Assembly (NCBI GenBank): GCA_046757525.1
Contig: JBHHYI010000038.1
Coordinates: forward strand, 1-27,970
DNA length: 27,970 nt
DNA from: a bacterium
GTDB lineage: Bacteria > Zhuqueibacterota > Zhuqueibacteria > Oceanimicrobiales > Oceanimicrobiaceae
Direction: 5' to 3'
A program made the position numbers and the translations under genes. The notes beneath the pieces were generated by a model. The model searched no databases. It was given only the letters and a program-made list of their open reading frames with translations, and was not told where the DNA came from. Of this stretch, positions 8,629-18,372 are shown one piece after another (positions within the stretch are counted from its first letter, which is position 1; the number at the start of each line of letters is the position of its first letter).

Positions 8629-9756
8629 TCAAAATATGGCGTCCTTTACTTTCTTAATGAATCCTTTACCTGGCTGGCAGTGGTCACAATTGGCTAATTC
8701 CTCAAACAGTTTTCTCTCTTTCGATGAAAGCTTTTTGGGCGTCCAGACGATGATTCGTACCAGTTGGTCCCCGCGATGGCTGCTATGGAGGTGGGGCACG
8801 CCCTTGCCGCGCATCCTCAGGATTTTTCCCGATTGCGTTCCCGGGGCAATATGGAGCTTGCACCGGCCATTAAGGGTGGGCACTTCCACCTCTGCGCCTA
8901 AGGCAACCTGACTGAAACTCAAGGGCAGGTCGTACAAGATGTCATCCCCGTGCCTTTCAAATTCCTCGTGTTCTTTTTCTTCGATGAAGATGACAACATC
9001 ACCTGCTGGACCGCCCCTGGGACCCACATTGCCTTCCCCACGAACGGTGAGATAGTTTCCCGAAGTGACCCCAGCAGGTATGTCCACTGTGATGAAACTT
9101 TCCCCGTGCACACGTCCTTCCCCGTTGCATTGCTGGCAGAAATCGTTGATAACGGTTCCTTCGCCTTTGCAACGAGGACAGGTGGTTATGTTAACGAACT
9201 GGCCAAACAGCGACTGTGATACCTGCCGCACCTCGCCGGCGCCATGGCATTGTAAACAGGTTACCGGTTCAGCACCAGGGGCAGCGCCACTGCCTGTGCA
9301 CGAGTCGCAGACTTTCCATTTTTTGATTTTTATTTTCTTTTGAACACCAGTAACGATTTCTTCTAATGTAAGAACTAATTTTAGCTGTAAATCCTTACCC
9401 CTTCGCTGCCTGGCCGCCGAACTACCTTTGCCCATTCCAAAAAAGTCGCCAAAGCCGAACCCTTCAGACATAAACATACGCAACGCATCGGCCAAATCGA
9501 CCCCAAAGCCACCAAATCCTTCATAGCCGCCTTTGAGACCGCTATGTCCAAACCTGTCATAACGCTGGCGTTTTTCAGAATCTTTCAGAACCTCATAGGC
9601 TTCAGCAACCTCTTTAAACTTCTCCGCGGCCTGGTCATCGCCGATATTTCTATCGGGATGATACTCCATAGCCAGTTTTCTGTAAGCTTTTTTTATCTCA
9701 TCTAAACTCGCATTCCGTTGGACACCTAAAATTTCATAATAATCGCGTTTGGACAT
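8629..9756 (-). CDS. dnaJ: Molecular chaperone DnaJ
   Basis: J domain with HPD, G/F region, four CxxCxGxG repeats ([32 protein letters not shown]). Confidence 0.98.
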   Translation of the reverse strand: MSKRDYYEILGVQRNASLDEIKKAYRKLAMEYHPDRNIGDDQAAEKFKEVAEAYEVLKDSEKRQRYDRFGHSGLKGGYEGFGGFGVDLADALRMFMSEGFGFGDFFGMGKGSSAARQRRGKDLQLKLVLTLEEIVTGVQKKIKIKKWKVCDSCTGSGAAPGAEPVTCLQCHGAGEVRQVSQSLFGQFVNITTCPRCKGEGTVINDFCQQCNGEGRVHGESFITVDIPAGVTSGNYLTVRGEGNVGPRGGPAGDVVIFIEEKEHEEFERHGDDILYDLPLSFSQVALGAEVEVPTLNGRCKLHIAPGTQSGKILRMRGKGVPHLHSSHRGDQLVRIIVWTPKKLSSKERKLFEELANCDHCQPGKGFIKKVKDAIF

Positions 9757-9805
9757 CTTACTTATCTGAAAAACACCATTGCTGATTGGGAGTAATACAA
9801 ATGAA

Positions 9806-10423
9806 TTATTTGCTCACGATAACCTGGGAGTGCCGCAGAATCCGATCGTTCATCTCGTAGCCCTTCAGGTGCTCTTCAACGATCGTGCCAGATGGCTGCT
9901 GGTCGCTTTCTACTTGCATGAGGGCGTCATGTTTCTCAGGATCGAAAGGCTGTCCAACCGCAGGGATGGCTTTCACACCTCGCTTTTCCATCACTTTCAT
10001 CAGATTCTTGTGAATCAAGTCAACCCCCTGTAAAAGACTATCCTTGTCAACGGCGTCCTTGGCAGAATTTTGGAACCGTTCAAAATCGTCCACAACGGGC
10101 AGCAATTCCGTAATTAATTCGGCATTGGCATTGGCCACGATATTCAAAAACTCCTTTTCCGTTCTTTTTTTGTAGTTGTCAAAATCGGCTACGGTTCTCA
10201 GCAATTGATCTCTGACATTCTCATATTCCTGTTGCAGTTTTTCCAGCTTCTTCTTCAGAGTTTTGTATTGGGGCGATTGACTTGCACTTTTTCTCTTGGG
10301 TTTGGTTAGCTTGCCGTCATCTTCCTGCGTCTGGCCACCGCCATTGGAATCAGCGGTTTTTTCAGCCGGCTCTGCATCTGCCAGCGTTTCTAATTGTTCC
10401 GTGTTGTTATCCATTTTCTCCAT
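9806..10423 (-). CDS. grpE: Nucleotide exchange factor GrpE
   Basis: [53 protein letters not shown]. Confidence 0.97.
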   Translation of the reverse strand: MEKMDNNTEQLETLADAEPAEKTADSNGGGQTQEDDGKLTKPKRKSASQSPQYKTLKKKLEKLQQEYENVRDQLLRTVADFDNYKKRTEKEFLNIVANANAELITELLPVVDDFERFQNSAKDAVDKDSLLQGVDLIHKNLMKVMEKRGVKAIPAVGQPFDPEKHDALMQVESDQQPSGTIVEEHLKGYEMNDRILRHSQVIVSK

Positions 10424-10429
10424 AAATGG

Positions 10430-11530
10430 TTAGCTCATTTGAACCGTCAACAATTGAGTCAAAGCTCTCGCCACATAATCGACCAGGGGCACGATCTTAC
10501 CATACTCCATCCTCGTCGGGCCTACCACGCCCAGTGTTCCTGCCACGTCTCCGATATGATAGCTGGTCGCTATGATGCTACAATTCTTGAACAGTTCTTC
10601 TTTGTTTTCTTCTCCAATGCTGATGGAGATCTTATTGTCGTTTTCATTCTTGTTGAACAGATGTAAAATGATCTGTTTGCTTTCCAACAGCTCTATGATT
10701 TTCGTCAAATGTTCTTGATCTGAGAATTCGGGATTCGAGACGATGTTTCGAGCACCACCCAAATGAACATCCCTGTGCTCAGCAAAACTAAACAGCTTAT
10801 CTGACGACTCTATTAACATGCGAATCAGGCCCGCATCGCCATAGGCGACATCTGACATTCGTTTGTCAATGGTTTCTTTGATTTCTTTGAGGGAAAGCCC
10901 GGACAAACGCTCATTAATGATCCAGCACGTCTCATTCAATCGATCCCTGGAAACTTTAGACTCGAGCTCCATCATGATCGTCTTAACCAAACCAGACTTG
11001 ATGGAAATCACCACCAGGATTTTGTTGTCAGCAATAGGCACCAACTCTATTTTCTGAAAAATTCCTTGATAAAATCTCGGTGCCAACACAACCCCTAACT
11101 GTTTGGATATTTCACCGAGAACTTGACTCGAAGCATACAGGATGTCGTCTACATCCACAGAAACTTTGCGCAGCTTGTCCAGAATGGTTCTTTGTTGCTG
11201 CTTGAGCAGCCGTTGCACGGACATCAGACCGTCTACAAAGAAGCGGTACCCTTTGTCGGTGGGGATTCGTCCGGCCGAAGTATGCGGCTGCATAATGAAA
11301 CCCATATCTTCGAGGTCGGTCATCACATTCCGGATCGTGGCCGGGCTCACGGCCAGGTTGTATTTCTTGGCCAGGTACCGCGAACCAATGGGTTTGGCGT
11401 TTTCCACAAAGCTTTCGACAATGCACGTCAGAATCAACCGTTCTCTTTCAGGAAGCATATCGAACGACGCCGTATCGGTTTGTTTTTTGTTCTTCGTGTT
11501 CTCTTGCAAACTCAACATAATATCGGCCAT
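10430..11530 (-). CDS. hrcA: Heat-inducible transcription repressor HrcA
   Basis: PIGSRYL, SPATIRNVMTDLE, QPHTSAGRIPTDKGYRFFVD, GVVGPTRMEY. The true start may be a downstream Met. Confidence 0.96.
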   Translation of the reverse strand: MADIMLSLQENTKNKKQTDTASFDMLPERERLILTCIVESFVENAKPIGSRYLAKKYNLAVSPATIRNVMTDLEDMGFIMQPHTSAGRIPTDKGYRFFVDGLMSVQRLLKQQQRTILDKLRKVSVDVDDILYASSQVLGEISKQLGVVLAPRFYQGIFQKIELVPIADNKILVVISIKSGLVKTIMMELESKVSRDRLNETCWIINERLSGLSLKEIKETIDKRMSDVAYGDAGLIRMLIESSDKLFSFAEHRDVHLGGARNIVSNPEFSDQEHLTKIIELLESKQIILHLFNKNENDNKISISIGEENKEELFKNCSIIATSYHIGDVAGTLGVVGPTRMEYGKIVPLVDYVARALTQLLTVQMS

Positions 11531-11551
11531 TTTAGATTTGGTTTAACCGTT

Positions 11552-11580
11552 AAAATAGTAATTTTTCTTGCATTTGTCAA
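11552..11580 (-). promoter_or_regulatory. Sigma70-type promoter of the hrcA operon: TTGACA-17-TATTTT
   Basis: Perfect -35 at 11575-11580, 17-nt spacer, -10 at 11552-11557. Confidence 0.75.
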
Positions 11581-11616
11581 GCAAAAACAGCGCCGCCACG
11601 CTACCGTTTCGACTCC

Positions 11617-12486
11617 CTATCTCAGGTGTTTGCGAATTGCGATAAAACTTCCACTGATTCCCAAGGACGCTCCCAGTAGTATTAAGATCAAATAGATTTG
11701 CCAGGTAACAGAGACATAGTCTGGAATTTCAAGATTGGCAACTAACAACAACCCATATAATATCAACGAGGCCAGGATACCGGCCCACAGCCCTTGTGCA
11801 GAGCCCTGGATGTAAAGCGGCATTTCAATGAAGAATTGCGTGGACCCCACCAATCTCATGGTTTCAATGATTCTCTGTTTTGCCAGGATAATCAATCGAA
11901 TGTTGTTTGAAACGAGCAACAGGGCGCTCAGGCAAACGATGACCCCAAATATCAAATCGACCGCAATCGCAATGTTAATATACTTTTCCAACATCATCAT
12001 AAACCTGCGCCGATAGATAATATCTTCCTTATGAATGCCTTCGATATTGCTGACACTCTGGTAAATCCTCTCTATGCCTTTGGAATTCCGGTAGTCCTTT
12101 TTTAAGATGATTCTAAATGAAGCCGGCAAAGGATTGTACCCCAAAGTTTCGAAATAATTGGCCTCCTTGCCTCTAAAGAGTTCATTGAATTCCAGGGCGG
12201 CCTTCTCTTTGGAGATAAATATTGCCTCTGCGACGCCTTCAATTTCCTTGATCTCATCTGCAAGCTGCCGAATGTTGAATTCATCCAACGAGTCGTCCAA
12301 GAATACCTCTAACTCCACGCGCTTGCGCAGAGTTTCCAGCACCCGATTTAGATTGAAGGTCACAATCAAGAAGGTGCCGATGAGAATTAACGAAATTGTG
12401 ATCGTAGCCGTGGTGACAAATCCAGAGAAGCGCGAACGCCGAATGCCTTCAAATCCTTCTTTGAAACAATAGGCTAAACTCTGCAT
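11617..12486 (-). CDS. ftsX: Cell division permease-like protein FtsX
   Basis: Four-TM layout with FISKEKAA, NPLPASF, NNIRL..LA..RIIETMRLVGST; follows ftsE. Confidence 0.93.
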   Translation of the reverse strand: MQSLAYCFKEGFEGIRRSRFSGFVTTATITISLILIGTFLIVTFNLNRVLETLRKRVELEVFLDDSLDEFNIRQLADEIKEIEGVAEAIFISKEKAALEFNELFRGKEANYFETLGYNPLPASFRIILKKDYRNSKGIERIYQSVSNIEGIHKEDIIYRRRFMMMLEKYINIAIAVDLIFGVIVCLSALLLVSNNIRLIILAKQRIIETMRLVGSTQFFIEMPLYIQGSAQGLWAGILASLILYGLLLVANLEIPDYVSVTWQIYLILILLGASLGISGSFIAIRKHLR

Positions 12487-13136
12487 CAGTTAAAAGTTCT
12501 TCCTTCTTCAATACGTACGATCCTCTTGTGCAGGCCATTGACCAGCTCGTAATTGTGTGTAGCCATGAGAACTGCCGTGCCCCGAGCATTGACTTTTTCC
12601 AAAATCTTGATGATCTCCTTCGAAGTTTGGGGGTCTAAGTTTCCCGTAGGTTCATCCGCTAATAGAATAAAAGGTTCGTTGACTATGGCACGCGCAATGG
12701 CAACGCGCTGTTGTTCGCCGCCAGACAATTCAAGCGGCATCTTGCGATACTTGTGGCTGAGGCCGACTTCGGCCAGGGCGCGCAACGTCCGTTTCTTGAC
12801 ATTTTTCCGGCGCACCCCGGTGACTCTCAAGGCAAAAGCCACGTTTTCAAACACATTGCGATCTTCCAAAAGCTTAAAATCCTGAAAGATAATACCCAAT
12901 TTTCTGCGCAATATTGGAATATCGCGTTTTACCACCTGCTGCGAATTGTAGTTCCCGACCCGGACATAGCCCTCGTCAGGAAATTCATCCATATAAATCA
13001 ACTTGAAAACCGTGCTCTTACCCGCGCCCGTGGGGCCCACCAGAAACACAAAATCGCCGTTTCTAATTTCCAGATTTACCAGCTCCAAACCGTCGCCGTT
13101 GGGATATTTCATCTTGACGTTGTGTATCTTGATCAT
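12486..13136 (-). CDS. ftsE: Cell division ATP-binding protein FtsE
   Basis: Walker A GPTGAGKST, LRRKLGIIFQDFKLL, LSGGEQQRVAIARA, ADEPTGNLD. Confidence 0.95.
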   Translation of the reverse strand: MIKIHNVKMKYPNGDGLELVNLEIRNGDFVFLVGPTGAGKSTVFKLIYMDEFPDEGYVRVGNYNSQQVVKRDIPILRRKLGIIFQDFKLLEDRNVFENVAFALRVTGVRRKNVKKRTLRALAEVGLSHKYRKMPLELSGGEQQRVAIARAIVNEPFILLADEPTGNLDPQTSKEIIKILEKVNARGTAVLMATHNYELVNGLHKRIVRIEEGRTFN

Positions 13137-13155
13137 GAGCAGCTTCAGGTTTGAG

Positions 13156-13929
13156 TTAGATTCTTTTCAAAACGAAATGAACCCGATTGGATTTCTCGCC
13201 GCCAGGGCGCCTGCTGAAACCATCGAAAAGGCCGATGAGTTCAAAGACGCTTGAATCGATTAATCCTTCGATTTCCTTGATCCGAAAGATCCTTTGACGA
13301 TGACATTCTCTAAAAGTTTGTCTTCTGTCTGACTCAAAACTGATCAGGAATTCGTTGACTTGAATTCTTTCCTTGTGCAAATAATGAGACTGGCGCACAA
13401 AAAGAAACTCTCTGGTAGCCTCGTTTTCGTAATGGTTTCTGAAATACTTGCGGGAATTTCTTTCAGTACAGACATCAAAAATGAACAAGCCGCCAGGCCT
13501 GAGCGACTCTGACACGCAGTTGAATACACGCAAATAACCATCCAAGTCCAAACAATAGTTAATGCTGTCGTAGGTGCAAACACAAGCATCAAAAGGCTGT
13601 TTGACGCGAAACGCGCCCATGTTCCCTTGCCACAGCGGCAGAGGCCTGTCTTGTTTCTTAGCCTTTTGGCGGGCTACGCTTACCATATCAAAGGAGGCAT
13701 CGAAACCGGCCACCGTGAAGTGCAATCGGTGCAAGTGGGCGAGCAAACTGCCGGTGCCACAGGCGATGTCCAGAATCGATGTTACGGGGAAATCTGCCTT
13801 TGCAAACAGGTCGCTCAAATATCGGGCCCAGCGTTCGTAATTTACGTGCCGCATCACGTGATCATAAATCGACGCCAACCGGGTGTAAGGCGCCACGTCA
13901 GTCGGTTTTTGAAGCCAGAGCGATAGCAA
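13156..13929 (-). CDS. Class I SAM-dependent methyltransferase
   Basis: ASIYD..M..VNYERW, ILDIACGTG, DSINY, LRPGGLFIFD. Confidence 0.9.
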   Translation of the reverse strand: MLSLWLQKPTDVAPYTRLASIYDHVMRHVNYERWARYLSDLFAKADFPVTSILDIACGTGSLLAHLHRLHFTVAGFDASFDMVSVARQKAKKQDRPLPLWQGNMGAFRVKQPFDACVCTYDSINYCLDLDGYLRVFNCVSESLRPGGLFIFDVCTERNSRKYFRNHYENEATREFLFVRQSHYLHKERIQVNEFLISFESDRRQTFRECHRQRIFRIKEIEGLIDSSVFELIGLFDGFSRRPGGEKSNRVHFVLKRI

Positions 13930-14899
13930 GTTTTATTGCCTCCACCATACTTCCAGGATCGGCCACGCCCTGGCCAGCAATGTCAAATGCCGTACCATGA
14001 TCCGGTGAGGTGCGAATGATCGGCAATCCAGCGGTATAGTTAACCGCACGTCCGAACGCCTTCATTTTAAGCGGAATCAGGCCTTGGTCATGGTACATGG
14101 CCAGGTAACCGTCAAAGTCATGACGTTCCGTGGCGGCAAACAACGTGTCCGCGGCAAAAGGGCCTTGCACCGCCATGCCCAGTCTCTTTGCTGCCTGGAT
14201 TGCAGGTCCAATGCTTTTCGTTTCCTCCTGCCCGAACATCCCCCCCTCGCCGCCATGAGGATTCAGCGCGGCCACGGCTAATTGGGGTTTGGCAATACCG
14301 AATCTCGTGCGCAAATCGTGGTGGAATAGCTTAATCTTGCTGAAAACTGTCGTGCGCGTAATCAGGTTAGCCACTTCCGAAATCGGGTAATGCGTCGTTA
14401 CCAATCCAACTCTGAAATTCCCACTCAGGAGGAGCATTAAGAAATCTCGAGCGTACGTCCGCTCCTGCAAGAATTCCGTATGACCCGGGTAATGGTAGCC
14501 AGCCAGGTTGAAAGCCAATTTGGCTATGGGCGCCGTGACTATTGCATCGACTTTCCGGTTTTGTGCCAACTCCACAGCTTGCTCTAAGGCCCATCCGGCA
14601 ATCTCGCCACTCTTGGCGGAGATTCTTCCGGGTTCGGGGCGAACGGCTCCGGAAAAATCGGGACTCAAGACGGGTAATTCCGTGCCAATTGTCAAAAGAG
14701 CTTCGGGTTTCGCTACTTGCCTGAATTCAAAGTTGGCGGCAAAGTTCTTGGCCTGCTGGCGCAACACTTCGATTGGGCCGACTATTAACGGCAGACACCG
14801 TTGGCGGATTTCCGCTTGCGCCAACGCCTTCACGATGACTTCTGGACCAATGCCGTTGATGTCTCCAATGGTTATAGCAACAATGGGTCGATTTTTCAT
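13898..14899 (-). CDS. pdxA: 4-hydroxythreonine-4-phosphate dehydrogenase PdxA
   Basis: ITIGDINGIGPE, YPGHTE, LNPHGGE, AMYHDQGLIP, RTSPDHGTAFDIAG. Confidence 0.96.
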   Translation of the reverse strand: MKNRPIVAITIGDINGIGPEVIVKALAQAEIRQRCLPLIVGPIEVLRQQAKNFAANFEFRQVAKPEALLTIGTELPVLSPDFSGAVRPEPGRISAKSGEIAGWALEQAVELAQNRKVDAIVTAPIAKLAFNLAGYHYPGHTEFLQERTYARDFLMLLLSGNFRVGLVTTHYPISEVANLITRTTVFSKIKLFHHDLRTRFGIAKPQLAVAALNPHGGEGGMFGQEETKSIGPAIQAAKRLGMAVQGPFAADTLFAATERHDFDGYLAMYHDQGLIPLKMKAFGRAVNYTAGLPIIRTSPDHGTAFDIAGQGVADPGSMVEAIKLAIALASKTD

Positions 14900-14926
14900 A
14901 TTTTGGAATATTAAGTTCTCACAATG

Positions 14927-14955
14927 AATATATTGGAGTTAAATTTTAATTGCAA
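14927..14955 (-). promoter_or_regulatory. Sigma70-type promoter of pdxA-ftsEX: TTGCAA-17-TATATT
   Basis: -35 at 14950-14955, 17-nt spacer, -10 at 14927-14932, in the intergenic gap upstream of pdxA. Confidence 0.6.
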
Positions 14956-15036
14956 GTCTTTTCAAAACGCGGTTCTTGGACCCAGAACTGCTACTCAGAA
15001 TGGGGGGAAACCGGAGCACGCTTTGAACCCTGGCCA

Positions 15037-15918
15037 CTAATGCGATGAGGGCAGCTTCTTGACCAGTAAGTAGGAGCGCACGCCTTCGCGGACCAGGGAA
15101 GCAAAAAACCGATTCAACCTCAGGAAAGAGACAATTTCGTAGATGTAGTAGCTGCATTTTTCCAACATCGCTTCATTAAAATCGTCCACACGGGCACTCT
15201 TGAAAACAAGTTTGTTCAAGAAGTGCAAGGCATAAAAAAGCAGCACGGGAACTCTGGTCGCGTATTTTACCTCCTTTTCAAAGGTGCCGTAATCGTGCAC
15301 CAGCAAGCCCGCCCTTTCAGCCATGGCTTTTAGTTCTTCGGGGCGAAATGCGGTGTGAAAGTAATATTCACCTTTTACGCCTTGAATGCCGTAATTTCTC
15401 ATTCTACCCACCTTGCTCCAGGTCGGCTTTTTTCGTTTGTAATTTGGGGTTGAGACTAAAAAGGTGCCGCCAGGCTTGAGAATTCTCAGACATTCGCTGA
15501 AAACTTTCTCTGGAAAAGGCACATGCTCTAACACCTCTGAGCAGAGGATTGCATCAAAAGAACCGTTGCGCAAAGCTAAATTCTGAGCGTCCCCTTGAAT
15601 GAAATGGGCCTTTACCTGGTTTTCGCGAGCTCGTTTTAAGGCCGGGTAAGCGATGTCTACTCCGAAGCTCGCTCCATTCTGGTAACACGACAAATAATGT
15701 CCAGTGTTGCAGCCCAAATCCAACAGGCGCCCGTGAAATCTGCGCAAAAAACCCAGGACGAATTTTTCACGCAGCTTTCCCCTTAACGTCTGGTAGACGA
15801 TGCTTTCTTCAGGATAGCGGGCAGCAACGGAATGGTAAAAGGCCCTAAAATTCTCATTTTGATTAAAACTCGGCACAGCTAAGGAGGCGGTTAGAGGTGT
15901 TTGTTGATTGGCCCGCAT
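15037..15918 (-). CDS. Class I SAM-dependent methyltransferase (Methyltransf_11-like)
   Basis: LLDLGCNTG, GDAQNL, FDAILCSEVLEHV, LKPGGTFLVSTPN. Confidence 0.9.
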   Translation of the reverse strand: MRANQQTPLTASLAVPSFNQNENFRAFYHSVAARYPEESIVYQTLRGKLREKFVLGFLRRFHGRLLDLGCNTGHYLSCYQNGASFGVDIAYPALKRARENQVKAHFIQGDAQNLALRNGSFDAILCSEVLEHVPFPEKVFSECLRILKPGGTFLVSTPNYKRKKPTWSKVGRMRNYGIQGVKGEYYFHTAFRPEELKAMAERAGLLVHDYGTFEKEVKYATRVPVLLFYALHFLNKLVFKSARVDDFNEAMLEKCSYYIYEIVSFLRLNRFFASLVREGVRSYLLVKKLPSSH

Positions 15919-15936
15919 TTGCGCATGGCAGCAAAA

Positions 15937-16011
15937 GCAGGTTGCCTAATTCATTTGAGAGCTTGCCCCCCTGGACTGTTGAGGGTGCTCTCAAATCAAT
16001 CAGCAACCTGC
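15937..16011 (-). repeat. Long (75-nt) imperfect inverted repeat / RNA hairpin
   Basis: Minus strand GCAGGTTGC-TGATT-G-ATTTGAGAGC...GCTCTCAAAT-G-AATTA-G-GCAACCTGC followed by TTTT. Confidence 0.8.
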
Positions 16012-16074
16012 CGAGCTGTTATTCCAGGCTCGTTTAAGAAGTCTACATTCTCTGGCAACTGGAGCTGGTTTTAA

Positions 16075-17502
16075 CTATTCAACCACCATCAGCGCATCTA
16101 CGCGATCGTTTTGAACATAAACGTTGACGGTGGCATCGATGGCCGGCTTGCCCTTGAGGGCACGGCGTTTTTTGTAGATCCATTCTTCGATGCCACTGAG
16201 ATTGTCGGATTCGATGGGCGTAACCTGGTCGGGCTCGCCAAATATCTGTTTTAGCGTAGAACTTGGCATGCCAACCACAATCTGGTCGTGCAGCGCACTC
16301 CGCTCATCTTCACTCTTGGACAATGCGTAGCCAGCTAAAGAAATCTTGTTTAACTGGCCTGCAATTCGTCCCAGAGTAAGCCAAACCTGTTCATCGTCTG
16401 GATTTAGCATGACAGACTTTTCCAGGTGAGGCAGTGCCAACTCGAAATCTTTCATGTAGGCTTTGTCCTCAGAATCCTCCGGGAGCTTTTCCCGCTTGGC
16501 GACGCCACGGTTCAAATAGGCTGCACCCAGGTTGTAGTTCAAATCAGGAGAGTCGGGCTTCATCGCATAGGCTTCAGTGAATTGTTCTATGGCCTGGTCA
16601 AATTGATTGGTTTCGAGCAAAACAACGCCATAATTGTAGTGCAATTCATAATTCTCTGGATTTTGTTCCAGAGCATCCTTAAAAATAGCAACAGCGTCAT
16701 CCATCTTTTTGGTTTTAATGTACAGCCTGGACAAATAATCCATCACATCGGTGGTGCGATGGCCCTCATTCCAAAGCTCCTGCAGCAAAGCGATAGCCAG
16801 GCTATCCTGTCCTGTGGTGGCGTAGACCGAGGCCAGCATGGTTCTGGCGTCATAATCCTTGGGGTTCCTTTTGATGGTTTCTTTCAAGGGTACAACGCTC
16901 TCTTCATATTTTCCCATGTTCATCAAAGCGGCCGCCCAGTTTCTGTAAGCCAGAACGCTGTCAGGTTGAAGTTGGACCGCTGACTCAAAATAGCTTACGG
17001 CTTGAGCATAGTTAGCTTTGCTGACCGAGTCAGACGTTGCCGTGATGCCGTTGTTAAAATAGGTTACAGCCTTATTGAAGATGTTGCCCCAAACAATCCG
17101 GATGATCATGTCGGTGCCAAACTGGGCGAAAAACTGCTTGCCGGTATCTCTGTTGACCTTGACGCCTTTCTCTCTTAGTTTGGGTTTCAATTCGACGGCC
17201 TTGTTAAAAGCATCCATCATTTGCTCATATTTGCCCTGGCGGGCGTAGATGTACCCCAAAAGATACCACGCGTCTTCGTTTTTGGGATTCACCTTCTCTA
17301 CTTCCTTTTTTAATACCCGAATAGCATCTGCCAAATTATTTTGTTGAATGTAGAGCTTTGCCCCGCTAACATTTGGCCCCCCTCCGGCCCAGACGCAAGG
17401 CACAGAGATCATTAAGACTGTAAGCAAGCCGGTAAGAAAGATCGTAAGGAATGGTTGGTACCAGTCTGTCGACTTGCAATGACTCACCTTCATGAATGTC
17501 AT
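16075..17502 (-). CDS. Exported tetratricopeptide-repeat protein with a small C-terminal SmpA/OmlA(BamE)-like domain
   Basis: Hydrophobic N-terminal signal or anchor; many TPRs (DAWYLLGYIY, LHYNYGVV, LNYNLGAAY); C-terminus VGMPSSTLKQIFGEPD...EEWIY...VYVQNDRV. Confidence 0.8.
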   Translation of the reverse strand: MTFMKVSHCKSTDWYQPFLTIFLTGLLTVLMISVPCVWAGGGPNVSGAKLYIQQNNLADAIRVLKKEVEKVNPKNEDAWYLLGYIYARQGKYEQMMDAFNKAVELKPKLREKGVKVNRDTGKQFFAQFGTDMIIRIVWGNIFNKAVTYFNNGITATSDSVSKANYAQAVSYFESAVQLQPDSVLAYRNWAAALMNMGKYEESVVPLKETIKRNPKDYDARTMLASVYATTGQDSLAIALLQELWNEGHRTTDVMDYLSRLYIKTKKMDDAVAIFKDALEQNPENYELHYNYGVVLLETNQFDQAIEQFTEAYAMKPDSPDLNYNLGAAYLNRGVAKREKLPEDSEDKAYMKDFELALPHLEKSVMLNPDDEQVWLTLGRIAGQLNKISLAGYALSKSEDERSALHDQIVVGMPSSTLKQIFGEPDQVTPIESDNLSGIEEWIYKKRRALKGKPAIDATVNVYVQNDRVDALMVVE

Positions 17503-17549
17503 GCTGCCTCCTCATTGTATTGTAGATATCCTCATTTTTTACAACTCTA

Positions 17550-17578
17550 AAAATAAAAAAAATCAGAATCGAAGTCAA
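17550..17578 (-). promoter_or_regulatory. Sigma70-type promoter: TTGACT-17-TATTTT
   Basis: -35 at 17573-17578, -10 at 17550-17555; GAGGAGG SD before the ATG at 17502. Confidence 0.6.
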
Positions 17579-17825
17579 CAGAAATTATTGGAGTTATTAA
17601 AAAATTCGCCTCCTGCTACTGGGCACTCTCTACTAAGCGCAGCGCTTTGGACCGTGTAACGCGATGGCATTGTAATCATGTTCGTGCTAAAGTGCTTCCC
17701 AAAAAATCGTTGCCCACATAGCAACGGTTGCAATCTTACACGCCTAACCGCTGTCAACCTCGCTGGATGCAGTGGGTGCGGAAAATGGAAAATCTCGAAC
17801 CTTTCTCCAAATGTACCGTTTTTTC

Positions 17826-17854
17826 TTGATTTTGTTGTAATTGCAATTTATTTT
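17826..17854 (+). promoter_or_regulatory. Sigma70-type promoter: TTGATT-17-TATTTT
   Basis: -35 at 17826-17831, -10 at 17849-17854; the spacer contains the palindrome AATTGCAATT (17839-17848). Confidence 0.5.
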
Positions 17855-17907
17855 GTATTTGTTCAATCGTATGTTAAACAGACAAGACTTGAATGCGCGA
17901 GGAGTGA

Positions 17908-18300
17908 ATGACCCCCAGTACCCTGAAGAAAAAAGCGCTTTCGCCGCGCATCACACGCCTCTCGTGGGGACACATTGAAGTCGAAGGCCAGCCAGCGCCG
18001 TTAAAGGACGCGAAGCTTTTTCCAGGCGGCGCACGGGCCTGGGATTGGCACGAAACTGGCACGCGCCACGTGCCGGGAATTCAGCCGGACGATGTCGAGG
18101 AACTGCTGCAGCACGGGGCCGAGGTGGTTGTCCTGTCTCGGGGGTTTTATGAGCGCTTGCAGGTCTGCGAGGAAACTTTGCGCTTCCTGGCGGAACAGGA
18201 GATTCCTGTGCACTTGCTCCAGACCGAGAAGGCTGTGCAACTGTACAACCAACTGTGCCAGCGGCAAGCCGTTGGTGGCCTGTTTCACTCCACCTGTTGA
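17908..18300 (+). CDS. Mth938-like domain protein (AAMDC/DUF498 family)
   Basis: SPRITRLSWG, KDAKLFPGG..WDW.ETGT.H.PGIQP, T..AV..YN.L, GGLFHSTC; GAGGAG SD. Confidence 0.9.
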   Translation: MTPSTLKKKALSPRITRLSWGHIEVEGQPAPLKDAKLFPGGARAWDWHETGTRHVPGIQPDDVEELLQHGAEVVVLSRGFYERLQVCEETLRFLAEQEIPVHLLQTEKAVQLYNQLCQRQAVGGLFHSTC

Positions 18301-18372
18301 GGCGGCCGCAGGGCAGGACTTGATGTCAGGAATCGACTAAACTAACACTTTGAGGAGAACCAAATCACGCAA

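Noticed and set aside
8660..8700. Extra CDHC (CxxC) near the DnaJ C-terminus
   Set aside because: A single motif in a variable region; no evidence of conservation available from this window.
13898..13929. 32-nt overlap of pdxA and the methyltransferase, suggesting a frameshifted fusion
   Set aside because: Both proteins look complete; short overlaps are ordinary in operons.
14969..14991. Hairpin GCGGTTCT/AGAACTGC as terminator of the 15037-15918 methyltransferase
   Set aside because: On the coding (minus) strand the stem has an A-C mismatch and only a short U-run; too weak to call.
17620..17646. GGCACTC, resembling a CIRCE left arm
   Set aside because: No GAGTGC right arm 9 nt later, and it is far from any chaperone gene.
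17575..17911. Short ORFs in the divergent intergenic region (17678-17911 +, 17575-17757 -)
   Set aside because: No SD or recognisable family; they overlap the predicted promoters.
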